Source: Octopus bimaculoides (Eukaryota). Taken from it: a DNA stretch of 64,000 nucleotides. Position numbers and translations under genes: made by a program. The notes under the pieces were generated by a model. The model made no database searches. It was not told where the DNA came from and was given only the letters and a program-made list of their open reading frames with translations. Positions 35,613 to 49,391 of the stretch are shown in pieces (position 1 is the stretch's first letter; the number at the start of each line of letters is the position of its first letter). The DNA lies in the NCBI RefSeq assembly GCF_001194135.2, contig NC_068989.1, positions 63,785,194-63,849,193 on the forward strand. Reading direction: 5' to 3'.

Positions 35613-38600
35613 TTGTTTGTTTTATTATTGCGCTTGTATATTTCTTTGATCATACCATCAAGTTTTACATTGCTCTTCTCAAGAACGCCATATCTCTGAG
35701 CTTCCTAATGAATCAGTGCTTTGAGAGACGTGCTGGAGTATTTTATAAAATCTAATGGATATCGATATCTCAAGTGATATTTCCTAAAGTAGATGATATA
35801 CGAATCTATACTACTAATAATATCACTACATAATATACATAACATACAGTATACTGATATGAATTAAAGTACTTCTACTAGTAACCGTTCTTGATGATAA
35901 TGATGATCGTGAGGATAATGATGTTTGTGTGATAGTATTTGTAACTGATACTGTTGAAACGGTAGGTAAACACTTTGATAAAGAAATTGGCATATAACCA
36001 AGAAGGATGGGCATAGGCACGGTCGAGAAAATATCAAAAGCAAGTGTTGAAAATATTTTTAATGCATTTTAACACCATGTTCGGTGAATTTCAAAATATA
36101 TTTTCACAGTGCTCAGCGTCCCACCTTCGAGAATTAGCATCCTTTACTCCAACAGCCTAATTTCTAGTTAAATAATTCTTCCATCGGCGATGCCCTGGAC
36201 TACGAAACATCACGTAGCATGCTGCTTATCACGATAAATTATGTTCTCTCACTGAAACATACTTAAACGCACAAATATCAAAATAGAAATACAAATACAC
36301 ACACAAACATACATACACATACACATATAAACACACACACATGCACACACACACAGGCACACACACACATCTCTTTTCTTCTCTCTCTGTATGTGTATGT
36401 TTGTATGTAGTATGCGTGTGTTAGTATCTATCTATCTGTCTATCTATCTATCTATCTGTCTATCTATCTATCTATCTGTCTATCTATCTATCTATCTATT
36501 TATCTGTAAGGCTATCTATCTATAGTCATGTTGATGCAAATAAATATAGATAGACATGTCTGTTAGCGGACGTATGTATGTTTATATTTTTATATATTGT
36601 ACATACGTATCTATGTACATTTGTGTGTATATGCGTGTGTATATCTCTATATCCATAAATCAACTCTCGAACACCTACACACCGACCCCCTATCTCAATG
36701 AAATTATTATTATTATTATTGTTGTTGTTCACTATTATTGGCATTTGTATTTCTTGTTTAGCAGTCTTTTTAATGACCTTTATCGGCTAATTAACCGAAA
36801 TATTTCTTTCCCCTTCTAATCGGAAAATACTATGAACGTTTCCTCGTTTCTTCATACAGATTTCGATCCCTCTATGAGTGCATACGATTGATCTAAATAA
36901 ACGGTTCAATATCATTTATTATTGGGATATATTAATTTGAGACCATTGACTTTAAATTTCCTTTCGAGTGTTTGTTTTTTTTTGTTGTTTTTATATTTCC
37001 TTTATCTAATATTTTTATTGATATTGATATTCTTGTCACTTTAAATATTATTGTTAGCATCGTTGATTTATTTATTGTTGTTTACTCTCCCTTTTACGAG
37101 TTGCAATATGTTCGTAGAGGATTCAACAGCATGATAATGAAACAAACAAGCCTACAAGTAAACAAAATTACTAAAAGAAAAAAAGATTCCATTGAAATTT
37201 TCTGTGAGACTTTCAGGCAATTCACTGTTATTGAAGTAAGATTTAATTACTGGCTTTCAATGGAGAAATATTTTAATCGAAACAGTGAATGAGGTCGTAG
37301 TGAATTAGTAGTTTTGTCTTTGAATCTCATTGGCTGTAGTATTTCTATCAATGAATGCGTGGATTCAAATCTCTTTATATGCCGTGGCCATTAAACTATC
37401 CTTAATCCTTGCCCTCATTTACCACCATTCGCTTTCTCATTTCTTAGTTGTATTTTAAGTTCCGGAATTGCTAATTCAGCGTCACTGGTTTGATTCCTGC
37501 TTAAAACAAATTATTGCTGTTTACGACTCATATCTATAATTTTAGGTCGTACTCAATAACTTCTAGGATAAATCAGCTATACGCGTGAAGATATCTTATG
37601 ATAAATTGCATGAAGGCAAAAATGGATACAACCAGATGTACACGGTTAGCAGACGTACACGTGGTGGTGGTGGTTTTGGTGGTTTTGGTGGTGGTGGAGG
37701 TCGTGATGGAGTTGGCAGTGGTGATTGGATAGTGAAAAGTGTATTTTTTAGAAATTGATCTAAGTTTTTTTATTAGCTGCCATCGCGTAACGCCTGCGAA
37801 TAAGTGCAATTCCATAAAATATTGACGCTTATTTACGTGGCAGATATATGCAATTTAACTTCAGGTTGTATCATATGTACTTGATTTCTTTTTGTTTTAG
37901 GGGAAAATGGAAAAATAAGAGTGAATATTTATTTCATGAGTGCTTTGTATTAAGTCTATAAAATCGTGCATAAAGTATATAAAATGTATAAAAAAAAGTG
38001 TATCAAATAATCATTGTATTCCAATTTCTTTAACTTTTCAAAGAGTAGCAGATGAGCGAATATCTTTCCATACGGACACAATACAGGCTACATTTTCAGG
38101 TTTTTGGATAAAGTTTTCAGAAATAACTCAATAGGTTTACCATCATCTCAGAAATGACTCAATAGGCTTACCATTAACTGTTTAATGATTCTGCCAGCTC
38201 ACCACCTAATACGAAACTTATTTAATATCAAAGGTGTTTAGTTACTATCTAACGGTAGTATTTTGAGAATTTTTTTTTTTATTTATGTCACCTCTTGAAA
38301 GATTTTTTGTTTCCATTTTCCCTTTCAAAACATTCCTCTTTTTTATTGTTATTTTTATGTCTTTTCAGAGGCAGTTGAACACAACTTACGAATTTACACG
38401 ACCAAGATACAAGAAAATAAAAAGAGATTTTATTAAATTTCCAAAAATTTCCAAGTCCATAGCGCTTCGAGGGAGAGTCCTTTTCTAGTAATTTATGAAA
38501 AATGAAGGAAGGAAAGATATGCTAATGAGCTGATAATAGAATAAATAGACTTTATGAATGAATCAGTGAAATAAATAAACAGCCTTAGCACACTGAGATT

Positions 38601-39806
38601 TTGTCTGCGAAGTGGAATACGTAAAATTAATGAATAAGACTTACTTCAGATGACAAGAATATATCTACGAAGAAACCTTCAACTTATGACTAATGAATGA
38701 AAGTTAGAATATATCTAAAGAAAACGAACTATTTCAGTGAAATTGCTTCATATGGAATATGTACGATGAGCCTGTGTAGATGTTTTAACATTAAGAATAT
38801 ACAGGGATAGTTAGCTCTAACGACAGATAATACATCTTCAAGAGACGAGATATTCTATAATTGCTTGCAAATATATTTCAGGACGTTATATATGTGCACA
38901 AATATATGTGTGCGCGCATGAATGTTTGAATGTATTTTGTGTATAGAAATATACGTGAATGTATAAATATACATTCATGTGTGTACACATATTGAGAAGT
39001 ATAGATTGCGTCAACTAAAACTCTAAAGTTGATAGTTCGTTTAATGTCCTAACTTATGGAGAGAAAACGAAGTCAACAAAACAGGTTTAACGTAGGGAAC
39101 AATGAAAGAACTGAAATATAATCGACAGCCAATCAGAATCAGCTAATTTAATGTTGTTGGACGTCATTTGGACGCCTTCTCTCATTGGTTAATTATAAGC
39201 TCAACTCTTTTACTATGCCATGCCCGCAACTACAAGGAATCTCGTATCCCTCGTCTTCCTATCAGTCATCCTGGTTGGGTAAGTAAAATTTCTTTCCTTT
39301 TCAGCCCATATGTTTCTGACATGCCATACTCTCCCGTTTGCATTTATTCAATGGAAATATCAATATTTATTTTTCTCATTTATAATTCATCGCAGTCACG
39401 TAAAATAATCGCCTGATAGTGTGCACATTTTATACATCTGCAAGAGGTCTGGTCTCCATACACCAGACATATTTCGGCAAAAATAAAGATGTCGATTTCT
39501 ATTTCTATTTCAGTTATTTCAGTGATATAGAAAGAAGCTTGAGCCAGTCTCTCTGCCCACTCTCTCTTTCTTTCTCTCTCTCTTTCCCTTCTTCCTCCCC
39601 CTCCTCTCTCTCTCTCTCTCTCCCTCTCTCTGTTTCACTTATTATCTTCTATTCTCTTCATACCTTACGTAGAAAATTATACGAGTGTGTGTTTGTATCT
39701 TATAATACATTAGAATCATAATATAATAGATTGCAATATATCATATATGACATTATATTATATTATATCAAATTATAATATATTATATTTGTCATTGTTT
39801 GCTGCA

Positions 39807-40329
39807 AGTACCAGGCAGTGGCTCTCATGGCTTCTGATCTTAATTGATTGGAAGTGTTATCATGTACATTGTTTTGTCTTGGTATATAGGACGGGCTACA
39901 GCAAATATTCTGCTTAATACCACAGATTTGCTTATCAGTTGTTTGACTTTAACCAGTTGAGCATGTCCCTAAGTGGCTGACGATATGTGTACCTCTGATC
40001 GTGAGCAGAAGTAGTGGGGGAGCATCATAGCTTTGTGTTGAGAGGAATTCTTTGGGGTTTGAATAATTCACCTTTGGAAACATGGGTGTTTTGCTCAACA
40101 TCCTTAAACAACCCTTATTCAGGGACCTTTTGAGCGGGATGGGCTACTCAACCTGAAGAAAATTCTAGCTGGGCCCCACTTGCGAGGTCATGCGCTGTTT
40201 ATCTTGATATGAGATCACCATCTCGCGTACATATGGTTGTGATGCATGTGCCTAGTGTACCCTTATCCGACGGGTAGTCATGATGGGTATAATGGGCTTC
40301 GTATATTTTACCCCAGTGTCACTTTGATG
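39807..40329 (-). mobile_element. Interspersed repeat of ~520 bp, probably a non-LTR retroelement leader or non-autonomous derivative
   Basis: Sharp shift to a more GC-balanced composition inside AT-rich DNA; recognised from memory as an abundant octopus repeat; class not provable from this window. Confidence 0.5.
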
Positions 40330-40574
40330 TCAATAGAATAAGTAGTCATGATTTCTTAAGCACAAAGCCTAACTTTCGAAGAGAACGGGTTAGTGGATAA
40401 CATGACCTCTATTATTGGACTGCTACTCAATATTATCGTTAAAAAAGAAATGAAATGCAAAGCTGACTTCGGTAAATTTCAATGAAGTACGTAAAGAACT
40501 AGAAGAAATATCGCTCAAAATTTTCTCTGATGATTTATCGATTCTGCTAACTCACCACTTCAATGATCTTATTA

Positions 40575-40787
40575 ATTGCTTCAAATTTTGGCACGGAGCA
40601 ATAATTATTTAAGGGGAGGTGTTCGTCAATCACGTGGTTCCCAGCACTTGATTACTGCTGTATTTTATCGATCTGGAAAGGATAAAAGTCAAAGTTGACT
40701 CCGATGGCAGAATGTCAAGAGCCTGAACAAATTATGTAAAAGCATTTCTTCCTGACAATCTAACGATTCTGCTAGCTCGCCGCCTAA
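40575..40787 (-). mobile_element. SINE family B, diverged
   Basis: TTTATCGATCTGGAAAGGATAAAAGTCAAAGTTGAC ... TAACGATTCTGCTAGCTCGCCGCC. Confidence 0.8.
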
Positions 40788-41760
40788 TGAAAAGTACACA
40801 TAATTAAACAAAATATAGTGGTTTCTAGTTTATGTGCAAGTCAGTAATTTTGGTATGCTTTTGACAGAGACAATGATATTTAGACTTTCTCTAGAGAATA
40901 AACAAAACGTTTAGAATTAGTGTCATCCACTGAGACTTCATAATCTTTTATGTTGTACGTAATACGTAATTACTATTGTTATTTCCCTGTTCAAGATACA
41001 TCTTAGTACGAGACACTTTTGAAGTTATGATCTTAAAATAATTTCATTAGGGTGGGTGTCGTGATATTTTTTTCATATTTATGCTACTAAATATTTAGCC
41101 AAATGTATAGCCGAACGACATAAGCGCCCAATAAGAAACGAATTTATTTCTGTATTTCCTTCTCTTCACCCAAACGTAACTTTTGCATTATTTTCCTCTC
41201 TGTGTTGTTTAAACATCGCCGTTATTGTCTTTCTAAAATATTTTATCAGAATTTTTTCCATGCCAAGCAATTTTCGATAGATATTGAATGACATGAACAA
41301 ATCACTTCATTTTCTAAATTGTAGCAACTGACACAAAAGATTCTTCGTTCAAATTGTTGGTGTCATTTATATCTTCTCTACCGATCTCTTTTCTAACACC
41401 ATTCTTAAAAGTTGACGTAAATAGCGATATACATAATGTGGAATGGCTACAAAACAGTTGTACCGGTTTTATAACTTAGTTTTCAGATAGATCGCAACCA
41501 CATTTTAAGATTTGCAACATAGTTTATTGGTCCTTGAACTGAATTTCGTTTAACGTCGTTTTCACAACATCTGGAGAAGTAGCAATTTTGTGTTCAGCAT
41601 TTCTTTCTTCTTTTATTATGGTCGATAATATTGCCTCTGATGCATCAGGTTCTGATTAACCAAACTGAAGTAAGAAACGCATTTTACACACAAGTGTCTT
41701 GTCTAAATGTTAACCTTTTTATACTCAACATTCTAGCTTCAGCTTCCTACTTCAAACTTG

Positions 41761-41804
<44 letters not shown>

Positions 41805-42134
41805 ACACAGAGACACACACACACACACACACACACACATNNNNNNNNNNNNNNNNNNNNNNNNNNNNNNNNNNNNNNNNNNNNNNNNNNNNNNNNNNNN
41901 NNNNNNNNNNNNNNNNNNNNNNNNNNNNNNNNNNNNNNNNNNNNNNNNNNNNNNNNNNNNNNNNNNNNNNNNNNNNNNNNNNNNNNNNNNNNNNNNNNNN
42001 NNNNNNNNNNNNNNNNNNNNNNNNNNNNNNNNNNNNNNNNNNNNNNNNNNNNNNNNNNNNNTTTGACAGCTGCTTTCAAAGTAGATTATGATATAAATTT
42101 ACTGTTCTGCAGCTATGCTTTCAGTGAGTAAGCA

Positions 42135-42153
42135 TATTATTATTATTATTCTG

Positions 42154-42228
<75 letters not shown>
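42135..42228. repeat. (ATT)n microsatellite
   Basis: Direct. Confidence 0.95.
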
Positions 42229-42230
<2 letters not shown>

Positions 42231-43402
42231 GCATTAAACATTATCAGATCCCGCAATGCCAACATTCTTTTAAGGTTGTTCTTTATGGAATTTTGGTTTT
42301 TCTTCCACCTCCTTTCTATTTCATTCTCACTCATCTGTTTTTTTTTGTTTTTTTTTCTTGAAAGATTATCTGAATGACCAACTGATCATAGTAGAAACTG
42401 GATTGATTATTATCGCTAGATTTAACCGATTAGCGTGATTTATTGTCTTCACATGTATACTAGTTTGGCAATGATCCAACATAAAAGATGTGTGAAAGCA
42501 CTGACTTTAGTGGAAAGTAATAAAACGAAAATAATGTTAAACACATGCAAACACATCGGTTTCTTACACCAAAGTAGATTTCAGTTTGGAATCTGATGGA
42601 AGTACTCACAACAATTGAGTACACTTTTGGTTGCCTATAGAACACAATACAGCAAAACATGCTCGAATCCTATATAAGTTACGAACTATATATATACGGG
42701 AATGAGTAAGATAAAGTTAATGTGAAACCTGAAGAATCTAACACTCTGGTCATGCGAGGAATAGAAGATACCTTGATACTGGCTAGTTAGTATGTATAAT
42801 TATTCTCCAGTAAAAACGCATGTAAAACTAAATATATTTCTACTGGTTGTGTGAAGTCCTCGTCGATACCCTACAATGTTTTGTCTTTTTTTGTCTTATT
42901 TCTCCTGCGTTACTGGTTTATGGAAATTCATAAAAAAGCTGAATCCATAAGAAAAAATGGTTTTCCTTTGTCGCGCCAAACAACATCAGATCGGTTGCGT
43001 GTCAACGCGTTTGTTGTTTTAGTATTCTACGTTTATCTTCCACCAGCAGTTTGTTTTCTGCATCACTCCCAATGGTTCAATGTGCCGGTTTCCTTTATTT
43101 TTCTTAAGCTGTTACCTACTTATAGCTAGTCCTATACCCGATTTCTCGAGCAACCACATCAGGATTCTTCGAAGAGTAATTCTATGTTAACGTCCACTTT
43201 GACCTGGCAATTATACAGATAACACTCTCACTCTTGATCTGTTATGGTGTCTATTCGTTGTTACCAAACGCTTTCGACTTTTGTGCGGAAGAGACATGGT
43301 AGGGTTTCTTTAGGATTTCAGAAAGGTAACTTTTGTAGGTGAGATATAACTTTTTAGGTATTTCATATTAGACCTTTAGTATTTATATTATTAGTATCTC
43401 TG

Positions 43403-43612
43403 AAAGCGGCGAACAGGTAGAATCGTTAGCGCGTTGGATAAAAGGCTTACTGGTATTTCGCCCGTCCTTACGTTCTGAGTTCAAATTCTGCCGAAGTCGA
43501 CTTTAACTTTCACTTGGTCGATAAAATAAGTACCAGTTGAACACTGATGTCGATATAATCGTCTCATACACCTCCCCCACAAATTGCTGCCCTTGTGGCA
43601 AAATTTGAAACC
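43403..43612 (+). mobile_element. SINE family B
   Basis: GCGGCGAACAGGTAGAATCGTTAGC head, GAGTTCAAATTC, GTCGATAAAATAAGTACCAGTTG. Confidence 0.85.
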
Positions 43613-44399
43613 AGTTTTAGTATTTCCGTTTATATCCCCGTACCGATTTTCAAATTTCCCACTAATCTTATCTGTGTTTTTGATTCAGTTGTGTTAAGTT
43701 GGTCATTCCTATATTTTTGCGAGGGATATTAATGTCAATTTATTTTCCACTCTCCTTCACAAATTCATTAATGAAGCTAATATCTTTATTTTGGTAAATT
43801 TCAGCAAGATAGTTTCTTAGTACGTTTCGCTACCGCTTCACTCTAATATAAATTACAGGCAGATTAATGCCTGCGGTCCTCATCTTTGGAATGGAAATTA
43901 AATCTTATATATTTATTGACGGTAAAATTTCCAGTTATATGAAATACATCCATTTGTTAACGTCTTGTAGTAACTAGTTCAGAAGTGAAAGTGTAGTACA
44001 AGCGCTGAAAATGTGTTGTCAGCGATATATTAGATGTTGTCTCAGAATTGTAATGACAGACTTTTAATCTCTTATAGTACACATTTCACTGATGTCTCGT
44101 TGTTAATGTATCCATGAAACTTCTCATACTTATCCAAATAATTTTATGTCTGTGTGTGTGTGTGTTTGTGCGTGTGTGTGTGTGTACGCGCGCGCACGCG
44201 CGTGCTCTAGCTTTGTTATTAAAACTTCTCTGAAACAGAAACAACATCGCTCCAACTTAGAAACAAGTTCTTTTCATTGGAAGTGAGACAAGCTTAAGGA
44301 GTAGTCATGTATGTATATATGTATGTATGCATGTATCTATGTATGTATGTATATATGCATGTATGTATATAGGGATATATGCATGTATGCATGTATATA

Positions 44400-45391
44400 T
44401 GAGGGAAGTCAAAAATTATCCGCACTTTCACCATAACAAATCTTTATTCTTCTGCGCATGCGTTCTTATAGTTGGTATTATTGTGGTCACATGGTCGAAG
44501 TTTCAGCCTTATCGCGCCATTTTTCTTTTTGGCTTTGCAGTGCAAGTATGACCACGCCACTAGCAATGTGCACCATAGAAGAACAAAGAGCAGTGATCTG
44601 ATTTCTCTCGTCGGAAGGTCTCTCAAGTGCTGAAAATCATCCACGATGATAAAGCCTGTACAAGATGGGTTCCAAGAGAGATTACTGCAAAGGACAAGCG
44701 CAAATGTCTTGGGGTCTTCCAACGTTTACTCGATCGCTACGACAACGAAGTCGAGGAATTTTTTAGCAGAATAGTCACAGGAGAGGAAACGTGTGTCCAT
44801 CATTATGAGGCAGAATCCAAAAGACAGAGTTTGGAGTGGAAACACTCTGTCTTGTGAGCGACGAAGAAATTAAAGACTCAGTCTTCCGTAGGAAAGGCGA
44901 TACTAACCATTTTCAGGGGATTCAAAAGGGCCTATACTTGAAGACTCCTTGGAAAAGTAGTGTACGATCAACAGTGCAAGATACAGCACTTTGTTGGCCA
45001 ACAAACTGAGGCCAGCAATTCGCACCAAACGCCGAAACATATTGTCGACGAAGAAAATTTTGTTGTTGCATGACAATGCACACCCACATACGGCTGCCGA
45101 GACCGTTGAAACCATTAACCAATGGCTAAAAGCCTCCGATGAATTTCAGTACCTAACACCTTCCGTCCAGAGCAATCGGATCACTGCTCTTGGTTCTTCT
45201 TTGGTGCACATTGCTGGTGGAGCGGCTATGCTCACACTGTCAAGCCATAAAGAAAAATGGCGTGATCAGGCTCAAACTTCCATCACGTGACCACAATAGT
45301 ACCAACTATAACCACGTATGCGCAGACAGCGGTATGACAATAACACATATATATTATGGCGAAAGAGCGAATAATTTTTAACTTCCCTTCG
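44400..45391. mobile_element. Composite mariner relic made of two inward-facing 5' ends
   Basis: TIRs TA-TGAGGGAAGTCAAAAATTATCCGC and GCGAATAATTTTTAACTTCCCTTCG-TA; plus-strand MCTIEEQRAVI, RWVPREIT, IVTGEETCVHHY, LLHDNAHPHTA; minus-strand MCTKEEPRAVIRLLW..EIHRRLLA. Confidence 0.9.
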
Positions 45392-46809
45392 TATGTATGT
45401 ACTTATTGATACACTGAAAGTTTTCTTGAAAATGAGAATGAATTAATTTACATATCTGCAAAAATGGTTATCTCACAACCAACATTATCGCTGTTCTCAT
45501 GATAATTTACTATATTAAATGCATGACAACCCCCACAGATCTGTTGATATGTAAACATTCAATCAGAAGTTATGCACAAAAATGAACTGTGCTAAATGCT
45601 TTCACTGTTGATATGACGAGATGACATAAGTTCCAGACATATTAACACGCTTTTCAGTACTAAATTGAAGCATTCATTCATAATGTACGTCAATAGTTTT
45701 CCTTACATCTTGTGAAATTTAAGAAGTTCATTTTAAATGAAACTTGAAAATATTTAAATATAATTAGGCATAGCTTCACAGGAAGTGATGAGTATTTCAT
45801 TAGCGGACATCTTCTGCAATTGTTATCGCTTCTCACTACAATGAAATACTGCCAAGAAGTGCGCTACCATTGTATATTCTATTACTAAATTCAACATAAC
45901 AATACTTTTAAGATGACTTTGAAGAAAGGAAAAAATTCTATTGATCCTCCTCAGAACAGAGTTCCAGTTCCTGTTATTGTAGAAATTATATTTGATTTTA
46001 AATGTTGGGTAATTTCCATAGATATTCCGAGCACAAAAGAGCGCTGCTGTCATTTGCCAACTTTCTATTCTTTGATTTCATGTAGCACCCCATTTGAACG
46101 TCAAACACAAACTTTGTGTTTAATCAGCAAATGTTTCAAAGTAGGAAATGAATAAAGTCGCTTGCAACCATTTTATTTATAGATATATATCCTGAAGCAT
46201 TCTCTTTCTAGTTCTGGAAGAAACTACAGAGTGTAATAATAATAGATATGGTATATATTATCCCTCGTCAGATAAGGCAACATATCGCGTTTCCAAAAGC
46301 AGAAGTGAAAGAAGAATATGTATGNNNNNNNNNNNNNNNNNNNNNNNNNNNNNNNNNNNNNNNNNNNNNNNNNNNNNNNNNNNNNNNNNNNNNNNNNNNN
46401 NNNNNNNNNNNNNNNNNNNNNNNNNNNNNNNNNNNNNNNNNNNNNNNNNNNNNNNNNNNNNNNNNNNNNNNNNNNNNNNNNNNNNNNNNNNNNNNNNNNN
46501 NNNNNNNNNNNNNNNNNNNNNNNNNNNNNNNNNNNNNNNNNNNNNNNNNNNNNNNNNNNNNNNNNNNNNNNNTATATAATAGAAATATGTTACAAAAAGA
46601 AAATAGAAACTTCACATGGAAATGTAAGGGGAAAGTAAGAAGGATAATAAGCGAAAATACACATTGGAAATGTTATGAACACATAACATAATACAGAACT
46701 AGTAGACCTATACATATTCATATACATATACATATACATATATGTATGTATGTATATGTGTATGATGCATGTATGTGTGTATGCATGTATATATGTGTAT
46801 ATATATACA

Positions 46810-47126
46810 GATGGTTTATGGCCCACTGGTTAGAGCGTCGGTCTCACAATCATGAGGTAGTGAGTTTGATTCCCGAACTGGAGTGTGTGTTGTGTTCTTG
46901 AGCAAGACACTTTATTTCACGTGGCTTCAGTTCACTGGTGCCAAGCTGTATCGGCCTTTGCCTTTCCCTTGGGTAACATCCGTGACGTGGAGAGTGGCGG
47001 CTGGAATGTATGGGCGACTGCTGGTCTTCCATAAACAAACTTGCCCAGACTAGTGCGATGGAGGGGAACATTCTAGGTGCAGTCACATGGTGATGAATGA
47101 AGATGGGGTCCTTACTCTTTACCCTG
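46810..47126 (+). mobile_element. tRNA-derived SINE, family C-type head with a different 3' body
   Basis: CTGGTTAGAGCGTCGGTCTCACAATCATGAGG..GAGTTTGATTCC head; TGTTCTTGAGCAAGACACTTTATTTCAC. Confidence 0.8.
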
Positions 47127-47154
47127 TATAAACATGTGTGGGTGCGTATGTTTT

Positions 47155-47350
47155 ATATTTTATTTGTTTCAGTCATTGGACTGCAGTTACGCCTCAGTAC
47201 CACTTTGAAACATTTAGTCAAACAAACGAAATCCAGTTCTTATTTCTTTCTAAGTCTATTGCTTGGCTTTTCGTCAGTTTTGCCTAATGGCTAAGATATG
47301 TGAAGCTAAACAAACCAACGTTTTGTCGAGCCGTAGCGGGGTAAGCAAGA
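47155..47350 (-). mobile_element. SINE family A 3' half, diverged
   Basis: TTTCAGTCATTGGACTGC ... TTTGTCGAGCCGTAGCGGGG. Confidence 0.65.
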
Positions 47351-47352
47351 AG

Positions 47353-47475
<123 letters not shown>

Positions 47476-48510
47476 TAGTTAAGTATGTACATGAATTTTA
47501 TGTAGTAAGGTATGATGTAAGTTTGTACAATGTGCTTAACATTACATTCCCAGAAACAGGAAATAGTAAACCACGTCATGCGTAAAACACATCAGTATTC
47601 AAACGTTTTAAAGTCATTTTTTATGATCCAAGCAAGGCAGAAACATGAAATTTATGGAATATATGGGAATGAATCGATGTCATATATTATTTGCATTTGT
47701 AGTCATCGTAGACATTGCCTGTTTTGTAGGAAGCTTGTTTCGCACTCTCATTAGACTGGGTTTGGTCGTACAGCCCCAAATCTCTGCCAAGTTTCTTCTA
47801 TCTCAACTTTGATTGGCCCAAAGCTTCATGCTTTATGTTAGCTTCCTTTAAACATTCACTGTTCATCATTACATCAACGTAGTAAGATTTGTTAATTCGT
47901 GTTCCTTCTTTCGTATTACCTGCAATTTTCCGGTAACGTTTTATGTTTATTATTTTAAGTAAGCAGTAAATACCAACCCGACGGAATCCGTTCTTGTTTC
48001 TATGCTACAAATTCACTGTTTTAAAATTATCTAAATAAAACCTTTCATCAAAAGTTTATGTTAATGTGTATTCCAGACACCAGCTTTATAATGACCAATT
48101 GATTTTATTCAATTTTTCATTATTTTCAAAATTGATTGAAACAAAGTCTATGTAATTAAATGTCCATTAGGTTTGTATTTACGACCTTAGTATATTATAC
48201 AGTTCTAACGTATTTATATAATGCAATTAACATTGGTGAAATATAGCGTCGTTAGTGACAAGTACCCAACGATACAGTCACTAGTTTCACTAAATTTCTG
48301 GTGATAGGAATGACCAGAAAGGGTCTGTTAAACGTGGTGCAGAATAAACGTCGCAAACATCGTAGAAAAACATCGAATGCTAAAGGCACACCTATACGCA
48401 CACATCAGACACATAAACATACGTACACACAAATCCACACGCACAAACACATACACTCACGCATACATACACACATTACGCACACACACACAAACACACG
48501 TATATGTATA

Positions 48511-49232
48511 TAGGCTTGCAACAAAAGTTCGTACCGTTCTTCAGGTGGCGACGTTTAAACATGTAACATGTAACATAGTCTCTCATCTGACAAAGGTATA
48601 TGACATATTTTCTGAAATGTGAGAATTCAACAAGTCTTTCTATGTGGTTTCTGTTTAAGGGAACTTGGGGATGGAGAAAATGAGATAGATTCTCATGATT
48701 TGAACCTAATTTATATCTACAAAAGGGACACACTGTACAAGCATCAAAAGTCACATGCAGTCTATGGAAATGGTACCATATCAAAGAGGGGCGTTTGTAG
48801 TTGCTTCGCTAGATTTTGACCGAGAAAAGTTTGATCTAAAAGATCGTGAACAAGCCGAGAGGCCTACAGTAGTTGATGATGACCAAATCGAAACATCAAT
48901 CCTAATTTAAAGGGAAAACAATGAATGGACCGCTTTTCAAATGCAACAAATACGACCCATTTTTGAAAAGAACGATCAGGGAGAATGAAAGAATGCATTG
49001 CCTACAAGAACTTGCAGTGGAAATGGTCCTGGAGAAAGCGAAATCAAACATATTTAGTAATTCCAAAAGCTGATCAGCATTCGGAGAAGGTGATGCATTG
49101 TATCTGGAAGGACATTGCGTATTATGAGCGCTTTCTGCAAAATCAGACATCGAATTCAGATAATTATTGCTCCCAGGTAAACCGATTAAAGAAAGTAAGC
49201 GGACAACACTAGACCTCAGATTCGGCAGAATG
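48511..49232 (+). mobile_element. Mariner relic: left TIR plus 5' two-thirds of the transposase, internally deleted and 3'-truncated
   Basis: TA-TAGGCTTGCAACAAAAGTTCGTACC TIR; AVYGNGTISKRGVCSCFARF; DLKDREQAERPTVVDDDQI; DPFLKR; CIAYKN; KVMHCIW; NQTSNSDNYCSQVNRLK. Confidence 0.88.
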
Positions 49233-49340
49233 AAAAACACACACACATACACACACACAAATACACATATACAAACATATATATGTGTGTGAGTGTATGT
49301 ACGTGTGTGTGTATGAATTATAAGCACTTCATGGACGCGA

Positions 49341-49391
<51 letters not shown>

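Noticed and set aside
36098-36140. AQRPTFEN, resembling a kinase subdomain XI motif after a ttttcacag acceptor
   Set aside because: In-frame stop immediately after; no other kinase exons seen
38118-38179. 31-bp tandem duplication (also short tandems at 6240, 20470, 56400)
   Set aside because: Ordinary slippage-type duplications
43820-43850. Minus-strand GC(GGTA)GC-GAAAC-GTA motif
   Set aside because: Core CUGANGA is absent and stem II is only 2 bp
47968-48145. Possible TTAA-type MITE fragment
   Set aside because: Resemblance is from memory only; terminal repeats are not visible in this copy
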